IMG/VR virus record: IMGVR_UViG_3300017747_003050
Location: 1 to 44,526 of that record
Length of the DNA stretch: 44,526 bases
DNA from: a virus
Lineage: Duplodnaviria > Caudoviricetes
Direction: 5' to 3' (one strand)
Numbering within the stretch: position 1 is the stretch's first letter; every line of letters starts with the position of its first letter. The notes beneath the pieces were generated by a model that did no database searches, was not told where the DNA came from, and worked only from the letters and a program-made list of their open reading frames with translations. Below, piece by piece: positions 1-9,040 of this stretch. The position numbers and the translations under genes were made by a program.

Positions 1-51
1 AACGATAAGCCGCGCAAACGCGCCTAACTCACACAATCAGAGGGACCACAG

Positions 52-1149
52 ATGAGCGACCAAGCCTGCAAGTCCGAAGAACAGCATCGAATTGATACGC
101 TGCAAGAGATGGCGAACACAGAGCATCAACTGCGCATGTCCCGCACGCAATACGAGTCGGCAAAGCACGAGCTTGTGCGGGCGGCGGAAGCCCTGCTTGA
201 ATGGCAGGGCCATTGGGACAGAGAACGCCGCGCGGTCTTCGCCTGCTATCCGGATGCGATGCCCGTTGACAGCGTTCTGGAAGATGCGCGCGTGACGATG
301 GATCGCTTCTGCGCCGACATCGAAGCGCGACACGCGGCTTATGGCAAGCCCGCTCCCACCCCCATCGTCAACACCGACGAAGGCTGGGAGCTAGAGCCCG
401 CTTCCATCCCCGAGCCCGAGACGCAGACCGGAGAGGGGGTGGAGATACCGGAGGGGTTCACGAAGTGGGATGGCGGGGAGTGGACCGGCAAGCCGCGTGA
501 TGCCGTGCAAGTCGTCTTTGAAAGCGGAGTTATCACGGAAATCTATCACACCGTCGAGGATGAAGCGCGATTCTGGCATTGGCCTTGGGACGGCAAGTCA
601 GACCGCATCGTGGCGTTCAAGGTTGTGGCTCCCGGCCCTGACGAGCCGGTTGGCACAGACGAGCCCGACGACGCCAGCGAGTTCGCTGAGAGCGAGGGCG
701 ATGTACCAAACGAGATCGAAGCTTCGGCGTCCGGTGCCACCTTGCCCACCAATGACGCCTGCGCCCTCCCCGGCGGGGTCGAAGAAAGCCGGGACCAATT
801 CGAGGAAGAGGCCGAACGAGCCGCAGCCATAGAGCTGACAGCAGACGTGGAGCCGCTCCCCCAGCCCGAACAGAACGACTACGACACAACCGGCGTCCTG
901 ACCGCAGACGACATGCAAGCCGTCGCGATGCCGAACTTCGCGGAATATCCCGCGCCTGTGACCGAGGGATACGCGCCTGTCGTTGATAACGCCGAGGCGC
1001 ACATCCAGGCCGTAGAGGCTGAACGCTATGCCCAGCCGACGAACCCCGATGCTGACTTCTGGGCGCGTGGACTAGCCCCGGCTGAGCCCGAGAAGAAACA
1101 CCGGTTCTCGATCTTCGGCCACAAGCGCGAGACGGAGGAAGTCGGCTGA
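52..1149 (+). CDS. Hypothetical acidic phage protein with N-terminal coiled coil and a small W-rich domain
   Basis: 365 aa ORF with RBS GAGGG; internal segment GFTKWDGGEW...VQVVFESG...WHWPW...DRIVAFKVV resembles a small domain common in phage hypothetical proteins. Confidence 0.8.
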   Translation: MSDQACKSEEQHRIDTLQEMANTEHQLRMSRTQYESAKHELVRAAEALLEWQGHWDRERRAVFACYPDAMPVDSVLEDARVTMDRFCADIEARHAAYGKPAPTPIVNTDEGWELEPASIPEPETQTGEGVEIPEGFTKWDGGEWTGKPRDAVQVVFESGVITEIYHTVEDEARFWHWPWDGKSDRIVAFKVVAPGPDEPVGTDEPDDASEFAESEGDVPNEIEASASGATLPTNDACALPGGVEESRDQFEEEAERAAAIELTADVEPLPQPEQNDYDTTGVLTADDMQAVAMPNFAEYPAPVTEGYAPVVDNAEAHIQAVEAERYAQPTNPDADFWARGLAPAEPEKKHRFSIFGHKRETEEVG

Positions 1150-1253
1150 TGGATTGGATCAGTCAGGGCTTTTACGTCTGCCTCGTGCTGCTTGGCATCT
1201 GCCTCGCGCTTCCCGCCATTTCGTTCGTCGCTAGATCGTGGAGGAAGCCGTGA
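1149..1253 (+). CDS. Small single-TM protein (34 aa, MDWISQGFYVCLVLLGICLALPAISFVARSWRKP)
   Basis: Hand-translated; TGATG overlap with the upstream stop; hydrophobic core then basic tail. Confidence 0.65.
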   Translation: MDWISQGFYVCLVLLGICLALPAISFVARSWRKP

Positions 1254-1354
1254 GCTGGGAAGGCTGGACCCTCATGGGGTTACTCGTGGCCGGCACGATC
1301 GGCGGGCTGTGGCTCTGGACCAAGTACGGATCGCAGGGTGGGCACGACACATGA
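1250..1354 (+). CDS. Small single-TM protein (34 aa, MSWEGWTLMGLLVAGTIGGLWLWTKYGSQGGHDT)
   Basis: Hand-translated; GTGA overlap, strong RBS GGAGG upstream. Confidence 0.65.
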   Translation: MSWEGWTLMGLLVAGTIGGLWLWTKYGSQGGHDT

Positions 1355-1500
1355 GGATATCCGCACTCTGCATCCTCGGCCTCGTGGCGCTGTTTCTGTA
1401 CGCGCCGCAGGATTTCAACACCATCCTAGCAGGCTTCGGCATCCTCGCCCTGAGCCTGCTCGCTATCGGTTCAATCTTTCATGAAAGGCGCAGACGATGA
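1351..1500 (+). CDS. Small two-TM protein (49 aa, MRISALCILGLVALFLYAP...)
   Basis: ATGA overlaps at both ends; this is the likely true start within the 1192..1500 ORF. Confidence 0.7.
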   Translation: MRISALCILGLVALFLYAPQDFNTILAGFGILALSLLAIGSIFHERRRR

Positions 1501-2024
1501 CCACGGGGACGGGAGAAATGAACTGGTACGCCTTGCGCGTCATCAGCCAACGCGAGGACATGGTCAAAAAGGCCCTGATCTACAGGGGGCATCAAGCCTT
1601 CACGAAGCAGGAGCGCCGCTTCGGGAAGTGGATTCGCGGCAAAAGGACGGACAAGGAATACGTCGCAGCGCCTGGCTATGTGTTCGTCGGGACCAAGGGC
1701 AACCCTTGGATGGAAGTCCACAACTGCCACCTGATCCGGAGCGTTGTCAGCTATAACGGGCGCCCGGCCCAGCTTCACCCCAAGGGGCTGTCGGACTTCC
1801 TCGGTTTCGATGACTTCAACCTGCCAGACTATTTCAAACACTTCCGCCATCTGGAAGCGGCGTTCAAGGTGGGCGAGATGGTCACGATCGATAACCCGTC
1901 CTTCGCCGGCTTCGAACTCAGGGTGAAAGACATCCAGCGCGGGGAAGCTATCTTCGACCTCGTCATGATGGGCCGGGAGACAGAATTGCGCATTCCCGTC
2001 TCTGAATGCTCCAAAGCTGCTTGA
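1497..2024 (+). CDS. NusG-family transcription antitermination protein (NGN + KOW)
   Basis: WYALRVISQRE N-terminus, PGYVFV motif, FKVGEMVTI...FAGF KOW region, MMGRETELRIP C-terminus; sits at the Q-antiterminator position ahead of the late genes. Confidence 0.9.
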   Translation: MTTGTGEMNWYALRVISQREDMVKKALIYRGHQAFTKQERRFGKWIRGKRTDKEYVAAPGYVFVGTKGNPWMEVHNCHLIRSVVSYNGRPAQLHPKGLSDFLGFDDFNLPDYFKHFRHLEAAFKVGEMVTIDNPSFAGFELRVKDIQRGEAIFDLVMMGRETELRIPVSECSKAA

Positions 2025-2034
2025 CCACTAGGGG

Positions 2035-2064
2035 TTGCGGTCCAGACCGAACCTCGGCATAAAT
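2035..2064 (+). promoter_or_regulatory. Candidate late promoter (TTGCGG-N17-CATAAAT)
   Basis: Sigma70-like -35/-10 pair just after the NusG-like gene and before a structured leader. Confidence 0.4.
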
Positions 2065-2069
2065 ACGGC

Positions 2070-2200
2070 AGGGCTGTTTTCGTGCTGTTCGTGACAGCCA
2101 TCGACCGGGGCATACGCGGCATTCACCGCGAGTAGGTTAGCAACCGAGCGTCCCGCGAGGTTGGTCGTGCAAAACGACCGTAACCAGAGCCATGTCCAAA
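2070..2200 (+). ncRNA. Structured late-operon leader (putative antiterminator loading element)
   Basis: Stems GGCTGT/ACAGCC (2072-2099), CGCGG/CCGCG (2115-2130), GGTT/AACC (2135-2145), GGTCGT/ACGACC (2163-2179), closed by GGGCAT/ATGTCC. Confidence 0.45.
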
Positions 2201-2225
2201 ATTCACGGAGAAGGGGGCTTCTCCC

Positions 2226-2792
2226 ATGTCCAGCTTCAGCGACAACCTGAGCGAGCTATTCGGGCGCTATCCCTACAACGAAGCCTTTATCGAAGCGGTT
2301 CGCCAAAGGGTAACGCGCGAATGCTCCAAGGTTCCGGTGCATATCCACAAGCGGACCCAAGCCCAGAACCGGCTTGAACTGGCGGCACGGGAAGCGATCG
2401 TGCTTCACTTCGATGAGGCATTCGAGGACGCCTGGTTTCCTTTCACCCTTCGCCAAGGCTGGCCTTCAGCTCATTGCATCATCAAGGGCAACACGGCCCT
2501 GATCGAGTTTTCCTTTGGTCCTGAAACGGATGGACACAGGGGCGGGCAAGAGATCGAGCCTGTCCAGTTCGCCATCATGCGGCAGAAACCGAACATCCTC
2601 TCCAAAGCCCTGCAAGCCTTCAACAAGCGGGATCTGAAAGCCGAGCGCGAGCCTGAGCCGGCGCCTGTCGGCACCCCAGATTTCAAGCCGGAACTGAAGC
2701 TCAGCAAGCCCCTGAGCGCCCCGCGCGCCCCGGCCAAGCCAACGCCAACCCAGCCGCCCAAGGCCAAAGCAAAGCTGACCCCGAGGCGCTGA
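2226..2792 (+). CDS. Hypothetical protein with Pro/Lys-rich C-terminus
   Basis: 188 aa ORF, RBS upstream, TGATG coupling to the next gene. Confidence 0.75.
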   Translation: MSSFSDNLSELFGRYPYNEAFIEAVRQRVTRECSKVPVHIHKRTQAQNRLELAAREAIVLHFDEAFEDAWFPFTLRQGWPSAHCIIKGNTALIEFSFGPETDGHRGGQEIEPVQFAIMRQKPNILSKALQAFNKRDLKAEREPEPAPVGTPDFKPELKLSKPLSAPRAPAKPTPTQPPKAKAKLTPRR

Positions 2793-3031
2793 TGATCAAG
2801 ACCATCGCCAAGCTCAGAGCGCCATGGTTCGGCGGCAAGCTAACCCTCGTCTTCGCCAGCAATTTCCGGCGCATCCGCCCCGAGACAAGGATGCACCTGC
2901 TGAACCAAGCGATGCAGCAACTCAGAGCCGAATACGACCTCGCAGCCTCGCATCACCGCATCGAACGCAGGGACGAGGACGCCCGAAACGCAGAGGCGGC
3001 AACCCTCCGCGGCGAGCCTGCAACAAGTTAA
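2792..3031 (+). CDS. Hypothetical protein
   Basis: 79 aa ORF, translationally coupled. Confidence 0.65.
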   Translation: MIKTIAKLRAPWFGGKLTLVFASNFRRIRPETRMHLLNQAMQQLRAEYDLAASHHRIERRDEDARNAEAATLRGEPATS

Positions 3032-3092
3032 ACAGGCGGGGCCAGATGCCATCGAGCATCGCCCGCTCACCCTACAACCGAACGAGGCATGA

Positions 3093-3521
3093 ATGCCCGC
3101 CCTACCAGACGACCGGGAAGAACAGCTAGCCCAAGAGCTTGCTAAGGGCGCAGCTCAAGGAGCCGCCTACATTAGCGCCGGATATTCGGCCAAAAACAAC
3201 AACGTAGCGTCGGTCAATTGTAATCGACTGCTAAAAAGGTCGCCGGAGATATCCCAAAGGGTCGGAGAGCTGAAGACACTGGCCCGAACCGAAGTGTTAG
3301 AGGGCGAGTTCAAGGCCGACGTATCGACGCTGACCCGGATGCTTCTGGAAGATCGCAACTTCGCAACTGAGGTCCGCAGCGCATCAGCCAGAACAACGGC
3401 GACGATGGGCCTGATGAAGCTGCACGGGCTAGGAGCCGAGACTGTTCGCAACCCCGACATGGCCGATACGCTTTCGAAGTTCCTCGAGGTCGTCTCGTCA
3501 CAGCCCCGCCTCGGTAAATGA
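3093..3521 (+). CDS. terS: Terminase small subunit
   Basis: HTH-like AQGAAYISAGYSAKN...RLLK..EI..RV.EL pattern; ATGA overlap with the large subunit. Confidence 0.8.
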   Translation: MPALPDDREEQLAQELAKGAAQGAAYISAGYSAKNNNVASVNCNRLLKRSPEISQRVGELKTLARTEVLEGEFKADVSTLTRMLLEDRNFATEVRSASARTTATMGLMKLHGLGAETVRNPDMADTLSKFLEVVSSQPRLGK

Positions 3522-5068
3522 AGGCCCTCGATAACCTAGCCAACTGGCGCTGGCGCCTGGCTAACCTCTATTCGATCGCAGACGAGAAAGGCCGCATCGT
3601 CCCGTTCCGCCCTAATGCAGAGCAGGAACGCTTCCTCGATGAGATGCACACGCTCAACCTGATCCTCAAGGCGAGGCAGTTGGGCTTCTCCACGCTCATT
3701 CAGATGATGGCGCTGGATACCTGCCTGTTCCACGGGAACACAAACGCGGGCGTCATTGCGCAGGACATCGATACCGCAAAGGACATCTTCCGGCTCAAGT
3801 TCAAGGACGTCTACGACCGCCTGCCGGCAGAGCTTAGAAGCCGGGTGGTCGCCACACAGGACGCAGCGCAGGAGATGACGTTCTCGAACGGGTCGAAGAT
3901 CCGGGTCGGGACATCCCTTCGCGGCGGGACGTACCAGTTCCTGCACGTCTCAGAGCTTGGAAAGATCGCGGCCAAGTACCCGGAGAAGGCGCGAGAGATC
4001 AAATCGGGTGCGCTGAACACGGTTCACGCCGGGCAACACATCTTCATCGAGAGCACGGCAGAGGGGCAGGGTGGCCTGTTCTATGAGCTTGTGCAGGACG
4101 CCCAGAGCCGGGACGAGCAGGGGATTGAGCCAAGCCCGCTGGAGTTCAAGCTGTACTTCGCCCCGTGGTGGCGTGACCAGCGCTACCGGCTGGATTCACA
4201 GCGGACCATCCCGCCAAAGCACGTTGAGTATTTCAAGGAACTGGCCCGCCAGCAGGGCATCCGCCTCGATAGGGCGCAGCAGACCTGGTACTCACAGAAG
4301 GCTAACCAGCAGAAAGAGGACATGCGGCGAGAATATCCGTCCTATCCGGCTGAAGCATTCGAGGCCCCGATCGAGGGCGCGTACTACACGCAGGAACTAC
4401 AGCACGCGACGGACCAGCGCCGGATAGGGGAATACCCGTTCGACCCGAAGCTGGGGCAGGTGTTCACATTCTGGGATCTGGGCCGCTCGGATCAGATGAC
4501 GATCTGGCTGGGCCAACGCCGCGGCCCGTCACGCTGGCGCTGGTTTGAGTACATCGAGGGGCAGGACGAGAGCTTCCCCTATTACGCCCGCCTGCTGAAA
4601 GAGAAGCAGCAGGAGTATCGCTGCGTCTATGGCGCCCACTTCCTGCCGCACGATGGATCACGCAAGGAACTGATCGCCACGGAAAGCCGCCAGACTGCGC
4701 TGGAGAACCTTGGCATATATCCGTGTCAGGTGGTGAGCCGCACCAAGGATCTGAGCGGCCCCAGCCTCACGTCATCGATCAACCTCGTCAAAGCCCTCAT
4801 AGACGTGTCCGAGTTCGACCGGGCGGGCTGCGCCAATGGCATCAAGCATCTGAAGAACTACCGCCGCGAGTGGGACGACAAGCTGGCCGTCTGGAAGTCC
4901 TCGCCGCTTCACAACATTGCATCGGATGGCGCGGACGGGTTCCGCACGGCTGCCGAGGCTGATTATCAGGGGCTGTTAGACGCCATGTTCTACAACAACG
5001 AGCCAAGCCCCGGCGAACATGCCCAAGGCTATGACCGCCGCTCTGCTGACAGCGTGACGGGCTACTGA
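3518..5068 (+). CDS. terL: Terminase large subunit
   Basis: Walker A LILKARQLGFST, Walker B FLHVSE, coupling motif ESTA, RNase H-like nuclease WDLGRSD...SDGADGF. Confidence 0.95.
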   Translation: MKALDNLANWRWRLANLYSIADEKGRIVPFRPNAEQERFLDEMHTLNLILKARQLGFSTLIQMMALDTCLFHGNTNAGVIAQDIDTAKDIFRLKFKDVYDRLPAELRSRVVATQDAAQEMTFSNGSKIRVGTSLRGGTYQFLHVSELGKIAAKYPEKAREIKSGALNTVHAGQHIFIESTAEGQGGLFYELVQDAQSRDEQGIEPSPLEFKLYFAPWWRDQRYRLDSQRTIPPKHVEYFKELARQQGIRLDRAQQTWYSQKANQQKEDMRREYPSYPAEAFEAPIEGAYYTQELQHATDQRRIGEYPFDPKLGQVFTFWDLGRSDQMTIWLGQRRGPSRWRWFEYIEGQDESFPYYARLLKEKQQEYRCVYGAHFLPHDGSRKELIATESRQTALENLGIYPCQVVSRTKDLSGPSLTSSINLVKALIDVSEFDRAGCANGIKHLKNYRREWDDKLAVWKSSPLHNIASDGADGFRTAAEADYQGLLDAMFYNNEPSPGEHAQGYDRRSADSVTGY

Positions 5069-7695
5069 TGGCGAAGAACCTCGCCTATAACCGCGAGCTT
5101 GATGGCGACGCCGACAAGCTGGGCAAGGGCCGTGGCTCGCGCAAGACAGCGCAGAACCTGGCCGACATTGCCGAGTATGATGGCAACCTCGCTGAGCGTT
5201 TGAGCGAGGAAGACCGCAAGCGCATGGCTGAAGAGGCCGTGCGTGAATACGAGCATGACGAGAAAAGCCGTGAGGAATGGCTGAACGGCGTTGATCGCGC
5301 CATCAAGAACGCCCGGCAGAAGCCCGAGAAGAAGAACTACCCGTTTGAGGGTGCAAGCAACATCAAATACCCGCTGCTCACGACAGCGATGAACCAATTC
5401 GGGGCTCGTGCTTACGGCGCGATAACCCGCTCCGACCAGCCGATGATCTGCAAGGTTGTCGGAGAAGACCCGCAAGGGCTGAAGGCCAAGCGCGCTGATC
5501 GTCTGAGCCGCTTTGGCAACTATCAGCTCATGTACATGATGGATGAATGGGACAGCGGCACGGACAAGCTGCTGCACATGCTCCCCGTCATCGGCGCAGG
5601 GTTCCGCAAGGGCTACTGGCGCGCGGACATGGGCCGTCCAACGCTGGAGTTCACCAGCGCGAAGGATGTGGTTGTCGCCAACGACGCGCCGAGCTTCGAC
5701 CGTGCGCCGCGGATGACGCAGCCAACGACGATGTACCCCTACGAGATCGATCGCCTGATAGGCTCGGGCAAGTGGCTGAACCACAAGCGGGACTATGAGG
5801 GCCAGAAGGACGAGGACAGCCAGAAGCCGTGCATCTACCTGGAGCAAGTGAGGTATTACGACCTCGACGGCGACGGGATGATGGAGCCGTATATTGCGAC
5901 CATCTCCAAAGATGAGCGCGAGCTTGTCCGTCTGGAAGCGGCATTCTGGGCCAACTCGATCCGCGTCAACTCGATGGACGGCAAAGTCGAGACGATCATG
6001 CGGGAGAGCCCGTGGATCGATTACAGTTTCCTGCCGGATATCGAGGGCTCGGTTTACGGGATGGGCTTCGGCCAGCTTCTCGAAAGCCTCGGCTCTGCGA
6101 TCAACACGGCGCTGAACCAGATATTCGACGCAGCCCACAGGCAGAACGCGGGCGGCGGGTTCATCTCACAGGGGCTACGCCTGAGAGGCGGTGAAGTCCG
6201 CATCAAGCCGGCAGAGTTCCTGAACGTGAACGTTCCGGGCCGCGTCTCGGACGCCATTCACGAGCTACAGTTTGCAGGCCCTAGCCCTGTGCTGTTCCAG
6301 TTGGTCGAGTTCCTGCTTGGAGCAGCGGCAGACATCACCAGCGTAAAGGACGTGATGACGGGCGAGGCCCCGAGCGGTCAGGCGATGGGAGCAACGCTCG
6401 CCCTGATTGAACAGGGGATGCAGGTCTTCAGCACGATCTACACCCGCATTTACAGGGCGATGCGCAAGGAATTCCGGCTCCTCATGCGCCTCAATGCGCG
6501 CTACCTGGACCCGGCTGTGTATGCCGAGTTCCTCGATGATGAGGAGCTGTTCCTCGAGCTGATGGGAATGCCGCCTCCGGGCTCGCAACAGATGCCGATG
6601 ATGGGCATGGGCGGGCCAGCTATGCCGGGGATGCAGCAGCGCCCGAGCGGGCTGATGGTCCCGAACGGCATGATGCCTCCGGGCGCACCTGAGATGCCGC
6701 AGCAGCCAGAGATGGGCGCACAGCCCCCGATGCCTGGCGCTGGCATGATGCAGCAGCCCCAGCCGCAGCAAAGGCCGCAGCCTGTTGAGCTTAGCCCCGA
6801 GGCGCTGGCTGAACTGGCGAAGGACTTCGACCTCAAGAACATGGACGTGGCGCCAGGCGCTGATCCGCGCTCGGTCACGGACATGCAGCGCATGATGAGG
6901 GCGCAGTATCTCGCTCAGTTCAAAGGCCAGCCCGGCATCGATAACCGCTGGATACAGGAGCAGGAGCTTCAGGCCGCGAACATTAGCGACTGGCCCAAGG
7001 CGTTCATTGAAGGCCCGAGCCCGCTGGATGAGCATCAGGCGGCGATGGCTAAGGAAGAACTGCGCGGTCTGGGGCTGGATAACGACCTCAAGGAACAGCA
7101 GGGCAAGAAGACCGCCAAGGAGGCCGAAAAGGCGTTCCACGAAGCGGCGCTGATTGCCTACGAGCGCGGCATGGCCGAAGGCGGCGCAGGCCAGCTTGAT
7201 GTCGATGAGAAGATTGCGACGATCGAGAAGATCCGCGCCGAGACGCAAAAGCTCTTGATGCCGGAAGCTGTCCAGCAGCCTGATCCGATGGCTGCGGCTA
7301 CGGCTGAAGCGGATATCGGCTTCAAGAGCGGCGAGCTGAACATCAAGCAGCAGGAGCTTTCCCTCAAGGAGAGGGAAGTAGCGCTGAAGGAACGCGAGAC
7401 TGCGATTAAAGAGCGCGAGCTTGAGCTAAAGGCGCAGGAAATCGAAGCCAAGACTAACATCGAGATGGCGCGGCTTGCCGATGCCAGCGCTGCGCGTGAG
7501 CAGGGCTTCAACCACGAACAGACGATGGCTGCGCAAGATCGGGAGGCCAACGCCAAGAAGGGCGAGAAGGCCGAATCCGAGAAGCCGGACAAGAGTTCGG
7601 ATGCGGTAGGCATGGGGCTTCAGGCTCTTGCCGAAGTTCTTGGCCGGCCAAAGACGGCGACACGGCCTGACGGTTCAAAGATCAAGATTGAATAG
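5068..7695 (+). CDS. Portal protein (podovirus/P22-like) with long C-terminal coiled-coil barrel
   Basis: Follows terL; YEHDEKSREEW, PFEGASNIKYPL, GATLALIEQGMQVFSTIYTRI motifs typical of podoviral portals; 875 aa. Confidence 0.9.
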   Translation: MAKNLAYNRELDGDADKLGKGRGSRKTAQNLADIAEYDGNLAERLSEEDRKRMAEEAVREYEHDEKSREEWLNGVDRAIKNARQKPEKKNYPFEGASNIKYPLLTTAMNQFGARAYGAITRSDQPMICKVVGEDPQGLKAKRADRLSRFGNYQLMYMMDEWDSGTDKLLHMLPVIGAGFRKGYWRADMGRPTLEFTSAKDVVVANDAPSFDRAPRMTQPTTMYPYEIDRLIGSGKWLNHKRDYEGQKDEDSQKPCIYLEQVRYYDLDGDGMMEPYIATISKDERELVRLEAAFWANSIRVNSMDGKVETIMRESPWIDYSFLPDIEGSVYGMGFGQLLESLGSAINTALNQIFDAAHRQNAGGGFISQGLRLRGGEVRIKPAEFLNVNVPGRVSDAIHELQFAGPSPVLFQLVEFLLGAAADITSVKDVMTGEAPSGQAMGATLALIEQGMQVFSTIYTRIYRAMRKEFRLLMRLNARYLDPAVYAEFLDDEELFLELMGMPPPGSQQMPMMGMGGPAMPGMQQRPSGLMVPNGMMPPGAPEMPQQPEMGAQPPMPGAGMMQQPQPQQRPQPVELSPEALAELAKDFDLKNMDVAPGADPRSVTDMQRMMRAQYLAQFKGQPGIDNRWIQEQELQAANISDWPKAFIEGPSPLDEHQAAMAKEELRGLGLDNDLKEQQGKKTAKEAEKAFHEAALIAYERGMAEGGAGQLDVDEKIATIEKIRAETQKLLMPEAVQQPDPMAAATAEADIGFKSGELNIKQQELSLKEREVALKERETAIKERELELKAQEIEAKTNIEMARLADASAAREQGFNHEQTMAAQDREANAKKGEKAESEKPDKSSDAVGMGLQALAEVLGRPKTATRPDGSKIKIE

Positions 7696-7703
7696 GATCG
7701 ACC

Positions 7704-8144
7704 ATGTCTAAAGGGAATACGTGGGAAACTGAACTCTTAACGCTGGTGTTCAACAACACCGACGCAGCCCTGATCGGTGACGCAACCGGCCTGCGTGGCT
7801 CGTCCACGGCGGGCTCGCTCTACGTCTCGCTTCACACGGGCGATCCTGGCGAGGCTGGCAACCAGACCACGAGCGAGTGCGCCTATACGAGCTATGCGCG
7901 GGTCGCTGTCGCGCGTTCTGGCGCGGGTTGGACGGTGAGCGGCAACACCGTGACCAACGCGGCGCTAATCCAGTTCCCGCAATGCACGGGCTCAAGCGAG
8001 ACGGCCACTCACTTTGCGATTGGCACGGCGTCAACCAGCACGGGCAAAATACTCTACAAGGGCGCGCTGTCGGCTTCGCTTGCCATTTCGTCGGGTATCC
8101 AGCCGCAGTTCGGCGCCGGTGAACTCGACGGCAGCGAGGACTGA
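7704..8144 (+). CDS. Putative minor virion/fibre protein
   Basis: LYVSLHTGDPGEAG...SYARVAV...TNAALIQFPQCT...THFAIG pattern of a widespread small phage structural family. Confidence 0.7.
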   Translation: MSKGNTWETELLTLVFNNTDAALIGDATGLRGSSTAGSLYVSLHTGDPGEAGNQTTSECAYTSYARVAVARSGAGWTVSGNTVTNAALIQFPQCTGSSETATHFAIGTASTSTGKILYKGALSASLAISSGIQPQFGAGELDGSED

Positions 8145-8146
8145 GC

Positions 8147-9037
8147 GTGGCGGGTTTCCGCAACCTTCGCGCATGGACTGACGCGGACAACGCGGGCCAA
8201 TGCCACTTCACGAGCTTCCGCAAAGCCGTGTCCTCGACTGCCACGACGACAAACGCATGGATTGACTACAGCTACTTCCCCGGTGCGCCGACTGCCAACT
8301 TCTACGCATCTGCACCGCTTGAAGCAGCCTATGTGGATGCGGCGCGGGGGATTTACGTCCCGACCGTAACGCCTGCAACGCAATGGCTGCGCAACCTGAA
8401 GCTGATGAGCGCGGCATCGTCTACAACGAGCACGACGAACGGCAGGCAGCAAATCGTGCTTGCTGACCTGCTGATGTACTACCCGTTCGTTGATACGGAT
8501 GCGGTAGGCGAACAGCAGGACATGATCCAGACGGTGTCGCTGCCTCGCTACACAAGCGGGCGTGTCATCGCGGTAGGGCAGTCTGCAAGCTCAACGAACG
8601 GGCTGTTCACGTTCTCGTATACTAATCAGGACGGGACGCCGGGCCGCACATCGCAGGCGCATAACACGTTTGTGGTCGCAGGTGGCGGGCAGGTAGTGGC
8701 GTCGAGTGTCGGCCTTGCGACGAGCTATCACCCCTACCTTTCGCTACAGGGCAGTGACAGCGGCGTCCGGTCAATCGAGAGCGTGACCTTCACGGCGGGC
8801 GGTGGCGGGCTAATGGCGCTGGTTATCGTGGCGCCAATCCTCGAATGCTTCCTGACGCAGGAAGCGCGGCGCGGGACAACGGACAGTTTCGGGGCGTGCG
8901 ACGAGTTCGCCTCGGTCATCAATCACAGGCCGCGCCAGATCAAGGACGGCGCGGTGCTCAACCTTTTCGCAGCCGGTCACGCTGGCTCCCTCGCCTCGTC
9001 GATCCTGGCGGGCCTTCTCGAAACAACGTGGAACTGA
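8147..9037 (+). CDS. Putative virion protein (paralog of 9041..9937)
   Basis: 296 aa, GTG start, Thr/Gly/Ser-rich beta-type sequence; shares motifs with the next ORF. Confidence 0.75.
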   Translation: MAGFRNLRAWTDADNAGQCHFTSFRKAVSSTATTTNAWIDYSYFPGAPTANFYASAPLEAAYVDAARGIYVPTVTPATQWLRNLKLMSAASSTTSTTNGRQQIVLADLLMYYPFVDTDAVGEQQDMIQTVSLPRYTSGRVIAVGQSASSTNGLFTFSYTNQDGTPGRTSQAHNTFVVAGGGQVVASSVGLATSYHPYLSLQGSDSGVRSIESVTFTAGGGGLMALVIVAPILECFLTQEARRGTTDSFGACDEFASVINHRPRQIKDGAVLNLFAAGHAGSLASSILAGLLETTWN

Positions 9038-9040
9038 CGC

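Noticed and set aside
1192-1350. N-terminal half of the 102-aa ORF 1192..1500
   Set aside because: Better explained by two coupled small ORFs in other frames plus an ATG at 1351
5062-7248. Long antisense ORFs (5062..6138, 6265..7248; likewise 15157..16179, 20771..21547, 33241..34107)
   Set aside because: Shadow frames of well-supported + strand genes in high-GC DNA, with no recognisable motifs
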